A DNA stretch of 64,000 nt from the human T2T-CHM13v2.0 reference genome, Homo sapiens: NCBI RefSeq assembly GCF_009914755.1, contig NC_060930.1; one strand, 5' to 3'. The notes under the pieces are model-generated. The model was not told where the DNA came from, did not search any database, and was given only the letters and a program-made list of their open reading frames with translations. Of this stretch, positions 56,077 through 64,000 are shown one piece after another (positions within the stretch are counted from its first letter, which is position 1; the number at the start of each line of letters is the position of its first letter). A program made the position numbers and the translations under genes.

Positions 56077-56185
56077 ACTGCTGCCATTTTGGGCTGGATC
56101 ATTCTTTGTTGGAGAAGACTGCCTGGTACACATCAGGATGTTTAGCAGCATCCCTGGTCTCTGCCCACTAGATGCCAGTAGTACC
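56077..56185 (-). mobile_element. MER20 (hAT-Charlie) fragment
   Basis: ggatgtttagcagcatccctgg..cccactagatgccagtag matches MER20. Confidence 0.8.
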
Positions 56186-57691
56186 TGACAGTTATAAACT
56201 ATTATTCTTTCCTTATTTTTCCCTCCCCCATTATCTTGTATAGCGTGGGCTACGCTGCCATATATAAATTTATTCTTAATGCTTAGTCATAAGATTACAC
56301 TGCCATCTGTCTAAATTTTCCTGATTCCCTCAAACATTTAAGGGAAGCACAGTTCAGCGGTAAGTTTAAATGCTTCCACCTCTTTAAAGTACGTCCCTTA
56401 TACACAGTACCTTTCCGCATGGAGGTAAACTGATCTCCATGTAAAATGATCTCTTTGTTAATTTCTGAAGCAGTCCAGATTCAATAAATAAAAATTACCA
56501 TGTGAAAAATGGGTTAACTCTACTCTTTGAATAGCAATAGTAATGATGTTGTAAAATAAGAAACCACTTTGATAACCAGGGGAAAATTAATATAAGATAG
56601 TTTTATACAGACAAAATGGCACCTAAGAATAGTATAATTCATATTTTTGTATGCTAGTTTCTCACCAGGGGAGATGCTCAATAGGTCTGTTCATTTATTT
56701 AATAAATGTATTTATTAAACACTATGTTAATATGCTTAATATGTGAAGCACTGAGCCAGCAACTGCTGATACAATCAATAATAAGCAACAACAACAAAAT
56801 AATGCACAAAGATATGGATTCTATCCTTACATAGTTTTCAGTTTAGTAGAGGAGAAAATAACCATTAGGTATTCAACTAGAATTATCAACACTGCTAAAA
56901 ACACAATCACAGGCAAAGGACAGCATGCTGAAGAATTCATCCAACTCGCACTCATGAACGTGTGTGGAAAATATGTATTTCCTTATCAAGATTTTGGGTA
57001 AAGAGGTAGAGAAAAGCCTAAAGGGATAAATAAATGATAATTTTGATAATACATTAATCAATACTGAAGGTCAATATGCCATTTAAGTTTCTATTAAAAA
57101 TGGTAACATATTCCTCTATGAAATGATCACCGTAAGAAATAAAGCAGTTTACCAATTTTAGACACTAAAGTACCATGTGTAAGTTAGGTATAAAAACATG
57201 TAATTTATGAGATTCTCCTGATAATACACAAAAATCAGAATTGACCAACTATTTTACATGATTCTTTGGCAAGATACCCTGCAAAACAGCACATCTCATT
57301 TAGCTTTACTTTTTGTTTTCCAGGTTAAGGCAAAATGCTATTTAGCAACTCTCTTCTCTCAACTTCACATTCACTTGCTACCAACAGAAAGAGGTTAGGA
57401 CAGAAAGTCTAGAGGGGACCCAAAAAGCAGTAACTGAGGAAGGAAAGGAGCCAAGGAAAATAACAAATTTTAATTAGTTGTTTCCTCTTTCTGTTGGGTG
57501 CAAAAAAGGTCTGGGTTTAGCTCATGTGCTCACTTAAAAGTAGAGAGGAAGTTGGTAGAATTCTGGGTTGGTGTTCTCCCTTCTCCAAAAAGGTTTACTT
57601 TCTCTTCTATTTTATCCTCACTTATTGTAGATCAGAGGTATCTTTTCAAGACTGCTTCAGAATAAATGTAGTTTTTCAATCTGTCTCCCTA

Positions 57692-58052
<361 letters not shown>

Positions 58053-58947
58053 TCAGAAAAGGCGAGATTAAAGAGCAAACAACTACCAAATACAAGATGT
58101 TTTACACACTGGTTTTAATTAGCAGAAAAAAATAAAAAGAACAGAGACAAAGCTGCAGGGTAATGAGGAAGCAAAATTTCAAATATATTCATAGAAACAG
58201 TCTACCTAAGTGAAATCACTGATCTGTGATGGGGGTGGGGGAACGAAGGAGGAGAGGAAGAAAGGCGTTAAAAAGTAAGTTGTCGTATTTGTTTTAATTA
58301 CACAAACACAGGAATACATGTTCAAGTTAGGTGTTTCTTGAAGTGTGCTATAAAGTAAAATCCAATGATTAAATAATAATTATTGAATCAAAGTGTGAAA
58401 TGTATATGCTTTTCATACTTATACATATTTCTAGTACCAAATATTTATTATATTTTCCAAAGTTTAGGGTACATTCACAGTAAACACAAAGTCTGTCAAA
58501 AGACTGGAAAGTATGACTCTTTCCAAGTAAGACAATTCATGAAAAAATTTAAATTGTGTAAAACTCAAGGGATGTACAATAGCATTTGTTCTACACTTAG
58601 GCAAAATTTTAATGTGTGTGGTTATCCTTCTAGCAAAGTCATTTCTGTAAATAATAATAAAAAACCAGTGCTTGACTAGAAATATGATACTAGCGAAGAC
58701 ATGAAACCATTATTATAACAATTTTCAGTTTTGAGACAGCAATTAGTATGTGGCAGATCTATCCTGAACAACATCCCTGAAGTGAAAAGGGTTCCTCAAA
58801 GCATGAGGGTATGTCCCGGTGAGTAGGGTTCATCTGACACTACAGTGAGACAACCCTGCTCCAAAGAAATACTTGTGACTCATGGAGACTCATGGGCTTG
58901 TCAGTGGCTGATGACTTCTACTCAACTTGATAGTTTCTGAAGACCCA

Positions 58948-59430
58948 TCTGTGGCAGACACAGCTATCTTCTGCCAGTTTCCACTCTTCCCTTCTGTTTT
59001 AGCAATAGTACTCTGATTTTATTTAGGACAGAAAAGTCATCAGATAAAAGAGGGCAGATCTCCTCTTCCCTTGGAGCTACGTGTAGCCATTCGACCATGT
59101 TACTTTGACCAATGATGTGTGGATGTTGTTAAGAGAGGCATCTGGGAATGTTCCTTCAAAGAACTTGGATGTCTATTTGCCCTGCCCCCATGTCTTCCTT
59201 CCTATTGCCTGGAATGTAGAAGTGATGAAATGGAACTTCAACAGCCATTTTGGAGCACAGGATAACTTTGAGAATGGAAGCTATACAGTAGGGATTACAG
59301 CACAGAAATAGGAGACCAGTTACTTCAAGATCACAGAGCCCACTACCTCCAGACTTGTTTATATGTGAAAAATAATGCTTATGTGTTATAGACACTGTTA
59401 TTTCGGATATTCTGTTATATCTAATGGATT
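58948..59430 (+). mobile_element. MaLR LTR (MLT1J/K-like) in intron 11
   Basis: tgtggcagacac start, gcctggaatgtagaagtgatg..cagccattttgg..ctacctccagactt motifs. Confidence 0.65.
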
Positions 59431-60497
59431 CTAATAGTAGCTGATAAAATCAATGATCATGATTAGTTGAAGACAAGTATAGTATGATGGTCCATCTTGA
59501 CAACTTCTTTCTGAAAAGAGCTCCACACACAATGAGAATATTCTATTTAGAAAAAAACCAAATAAGTGAAAAAAAGACCTAAAAAATTGGTTAGCTAAGT
59601 TAAAAAAGATGCAAATACACATGAATATATACATTTATACACATACATAGTTAAAAGATGGGGTAAATACACAAAAATGTTAAGTGTTTATCTCTGAGTG
59701 GGGTAATTATGTAAGTTTTTTTGGCTTGTTTACATTTCCACATTTTCCACAACAGAAACGTGTTTACTTTTAAAATCAGCTCCCCCTGATCCCTGGAAAG
59801 AATCAGCAAAAAACCAAAAACGTCCAAATTAAACCAGCATTACTAAAATGAAACCTGGTCACAGAATTAGGTTGTCAGTTTACTTAAGTAACAAAACATG
59901 TAATTGTTTTTGTGCTGACCAGTTCTTCCATGATTAATAATTTTAAGAACTGAACAATGGAATTTAAATGCTAGCTTTTTCAAGATCTAATAAAATTATG
60001 ATATTTTATTTTACAATTAAAAAAATTAACCACAACCAGCTTAGCTATTATTTTGTCACTGGAATGAAGAAGCAGATAGAAGGTCAAATCATACATGGAT
60101 CTGGAATACATTTTTCTGTTAAATTTGAAACAAAATATTTGCTATTATTTGAGTTCAGCACAAAAATCTAGTAGTATCACTGAAAATCCCCAAAATATTC
60201 TGGTTTTGGCAGAATTTCAATTTCTCACTTAGACTTTCAACTCATGTTTGAGCAGAAAGAATTACATTTGATAAAATCTGTAAATGAGGAAGGCATACTT
60301 TCTCATCCAAATAATTTTACAAGTCATACCTTCCTTATTTGGAATTTGAGATAAATGCATAAACTATTGCTAGTAACTTAGAAAAATATATTGTAAACCT
60401 ACTTCCTATTTAAAAAAAAATATAAGACACACACAAAAAACCTTTGACAACTGAAACTACCATGGCCATAAAGGCTTATATACATTTTCACTCTTCA

Positions 60498-60650
<153 letters not shown>

Positions 60651-61306
60651 TTAAAATTACAGGTCAATCTGAATTACTGAAGTTCTTTAGATTTAGCAAT
60701 CTTAGGCAACCTAAAAGGAGGAAGATGGCAAATGGGATTCTGATAGATCCTGTTCTGCTCTGAAAGGAGAGGGAAGTTTGTACGAGAGGGAGCTACAGGG
60801 GTAAGGGAAAGCAAGCTGCAGATACTGTCTTTATGAAAAGGCAGTCACTAGAACTGGGAGCTAAAAGCCCCAATTATTCGTTAACCTAAATGCCTCAGGC
60901 AAAATGAATAAACTCACTCCTTGAAATATTTTTAAAAATCAACAATGGCAAAAATATAATAAATCTGAACAGCATGAAATGATAGACTTAGAACAACTCC
61001 TCTAACTGGGCAGCGCAGCCAAAATATACCCATTTTACATTTTTAACCATCAACCATTACATTTAGGGATTATTATAGATAGGGATTTAGAATTGGCAAA
61101 GGTAGCAATCATTAGAAGGAAAAACCATTTGGTAATAAATGGTAGGAGAATCTCATTACGTGTCTCTATTTGTAAGCTCTTTTGCATGTTTCAGGAAGAA
61201 AATTCAGGATTTATAAAATAGAAGATGGTAAATAATTAATTTCAGTTAGTATAATATTGTGACTACTGGTAAGGTTACCAGTTTTACTTGTAATAACATA
61301 ACAAAC

Positions 61307-61437
61307 CTGTTGCTTTGCCTGATTTTTCAACAATTTTGATTCTAAGCGCTTAATAGTATCATTTGTGGCAGGAACTTGCTCCATATTAGTGTCACTTTTG
61401 TTACTCGTATTTGTAGAAGCAATGTCCATGAATGAGC
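61307..61437 (-). CDS. MAP3K7: TAK1 exon 10 (131 nt): [44 protein letters not shown]
   Basis: Acceptor ctgcttttcctag|GC, donor CAG|gtttgt; contained in ORF 61211..61456. Confidence 0.98.
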
Positions 61438-61619
61438 CTAGGAAAAGCAGAAACATTTATGACTAATGGCTGGAAATAATACAAATGCTTCACTTGGTAT
61501 TATGTAACTTACATTCTTTTATAAACTAGCCAGGCAGGAACAGAAATAAAATAAGACTTTTCAAGCTAATGAAGATATCCAAACAAACCCATTTTAAGAG
61601 AAACTTAAGGATAGCACAA

Positions 61620-62900
61620 AAAAGGAACCAAGATGCCTAAATAGTCTTCTAATAGTCAAGAATAACTTAAGGTTTTTAACCTGAGCTAGTAGAAGAACTG
61701 AGGGCTATTAATTGAGATGCGGAAAGACTAAAGGAAGAGTGAGTTTGAAGGAAGTATCAGGAACTCAGTTTGGAAAATATTAAGTTTGAGTTTCTAGTAG
61801 ATGTAAAGGAAATAGTTGGATATATGAGTATAGAGTTCAGGTATAAGATGGAAAACATTATGAGCCAACAGATGGTATATAAGGCCATAATAATGAATGA
61901 GGTTACCAAGGAAATGAGTGCAGACAGATAAGTGAAGAAGCCAAATGAGCAGGCCCTGGGCACTCCAACATTTCTAGGTTGGGGAGATGAGGAATAACCA
62001 GCAAAGAAAACTGAGAACAGACGGCCAGAGATGTAAGATGGAATCTAGGCTAGTATGGTATCTCGGAGGCCAACTGAAGAAAGTGCTGTCTGTAAGAAGG
62101 AGAAAGTAATGAATTAGGTCAAGTGCTACTGAGAGTCAAGATGAGAAATGAAAATGATTCCTTAAATGTAGTGATGTAGAGATAACTAGTGACCTTGACA
62201 AGAACAATTCTGAAGTACTGGCATAATATGTCTGAATGGAGTCAGCTCAAGAAAGAAGGGGAAAAGAGAAGCTAGTGAATGCAAATACAGACTACGTATG
62301 TTTTAGGAATGATCCAGTAGAAAGCTAAAACTGATGATGCAAGAGACAGGGGAGAATTGCTCAGAGGAGCAGATGGGATATAATGCACAGGCAGAAAGGT
62401 ACACCTTTGGCCAGAAGTATGGATAGTTTAGCCAGAGTAACAGAAGAAAGCAGAGTAGATGGGCACAGATGTTGTGGAAGCTGTCTTCCGATTACTCCAA
62501 TTTTCTCAGAGAAAGAGCAAACAAGATCAGCTGAGAGTGAGGAGTGGCGAGGAGGTGTTTGAAGTCTGAGGAGAGGCTACAGTATAAAATTAAGACATAT
62601 AGGAGGAAAGAGATGAACTACAATACAGTACAACTGTCCAATAGCACTAAACATGCACGTGAGGATAGTAAACCTGTGCTATCTCCAGCCACACTCAGCT
62701 GCATTGGTACAGGCAAGGAGTAAGCCGAGTGTCAGCTTTCATTAGGCTTGTGGTTTAGCCAAGCAAGCTTGAGAGAGAGGCTAGAAAGATGAAAATTATT
62801 CCCAAAAGAATTATAATAGTTGATTGGAATTAAGTGGAGGGAGAAAGAAAAAAGGACCTAAGAGGACTGAGGACCAGTGAAAAGGTGGGAGGCTCAAAAA
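61620..62900 (+). mobile_element. L2 remnant in intron 9
   Basis: Purine-rich L2 motifs (gagatgaggaataaccagcaaagaaaactgag, agtgaccttgacaaga); strand is the purine-rich reading, element polarity uncertain. Confidence 0.65.
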
Positions 62901-63671
62901 ATTCAAGGTCACAGTAAGGAAATGAAGAGAGAGTTTAGAGGACGTGGGAGACACAAATGATAGAATTTTAGAGAAGTACATTTTAGAATTCAGAGCAACT
63001 CAAAATATTTTCAGTAAAACTGGAATTTGAGAATAACTAGCCAAGCAGTAACCATCTTAAAATAAATAAAACTATTCTTGAGGTGGGAGAAATAGATCAG
63101 TAAAAGTATTTTTCAATAAATGCAGGGTAAATACATGTGCATATAGACACACACATATCTTTAAGTTTCAATTAATAATGAAATGCTTATAATGCCACTA
63201 TATTTTGAGAAGTACAATATTTCTAAGTTACAGTATTATTTCTACTATCTTTTTGATGACCACAAATTACATGTCCCACTACTACTTCACATTTCGGAAA
63301 ACTAAGGAACTTTTAACATAGCTTCTTAAATCAGAGCCTCTGTAGAAGAGAACAAAAACTAGGGTGTTCGTGATGAAGAAATGTTTAAATACATTTACAA
63401 TAATTTCTAATACTACTTGATCTAGTAGTATGCATGTAAAAGTGATTTTTCAAGTTAAGAATGACATTCACTGTAATACAATATGCCATCTTTTTATTCA
63501 TAATTATGTAGGAATTCTAAGACTTGGAAGCAGGTCTTCAATAACTCTTTAATCAGGGTACCTACATGAAGAATGACGCACCTGTAAACTCAAATTGCAG
63601 TCAATCATATGAAATGAAGGAATTAAAATGCAAATGGGGACATTATTCATTACTTCCTGATTATAATTTCA

Positions 63672-63809
<138 letters not shown>

Positions 63810-64000
63810 CTATATATAAAAAAGTAAACCACAGCTTAAAATTTCCTTAATACAAATTAAATCCTGATTAATGTTTTATTTTCCCTAAGTTATATACTAA
63901 ATTTGTAGGTGCCTAAGTTTTTTATTTTACAAAGATTACAATAATGTACTCTTGGATTTCAACTTTGATCAATGCCATGCACCTACCTAAGAATCTAGCT

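Overview
Primate (very likely human, 6q15) genomic DNA. It carries the 3' half of MAP3K7 (TAK1) on the minus strand: nine coding exons (conventional exons 9-17, 954 nt, encoding aa 290-606 of the long isoform, all with GT-AG boundaries), including the cassette exons 12 (81 nt) and 16 (116 nt), plus a ~2.9 kb 3' UTR ending near an AATAAA at 27203-27208. Positions 1-27 kb are downstream intergenic DNA dense in nested LTR, L1, L2, Alu, MIR and DNA-transposon remnants. There is no prokaryotic-type system, and the short ORFs of the track are repeat-derived or random except where they overlap TAK1 exons. The most interesting unexplained structures are: a 72-bp, 94%-identical inverted duplication just past the poly(A) site; a pair of well-formed cryptic exons in intron 12; a perfect 5' splice site with a matching acceptor inside the 3' UTR; an exon 13/14 junction that rebuilds a 5' splice site; symmetric substitutions in two MADE1 palindromes; and motif clusters (D-box x4, SMAD palindrome x2) created by micro-duplication. 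Repeat family names come from recalled consensus similarity and their boundaries are approximate unless TSDs are quoted.
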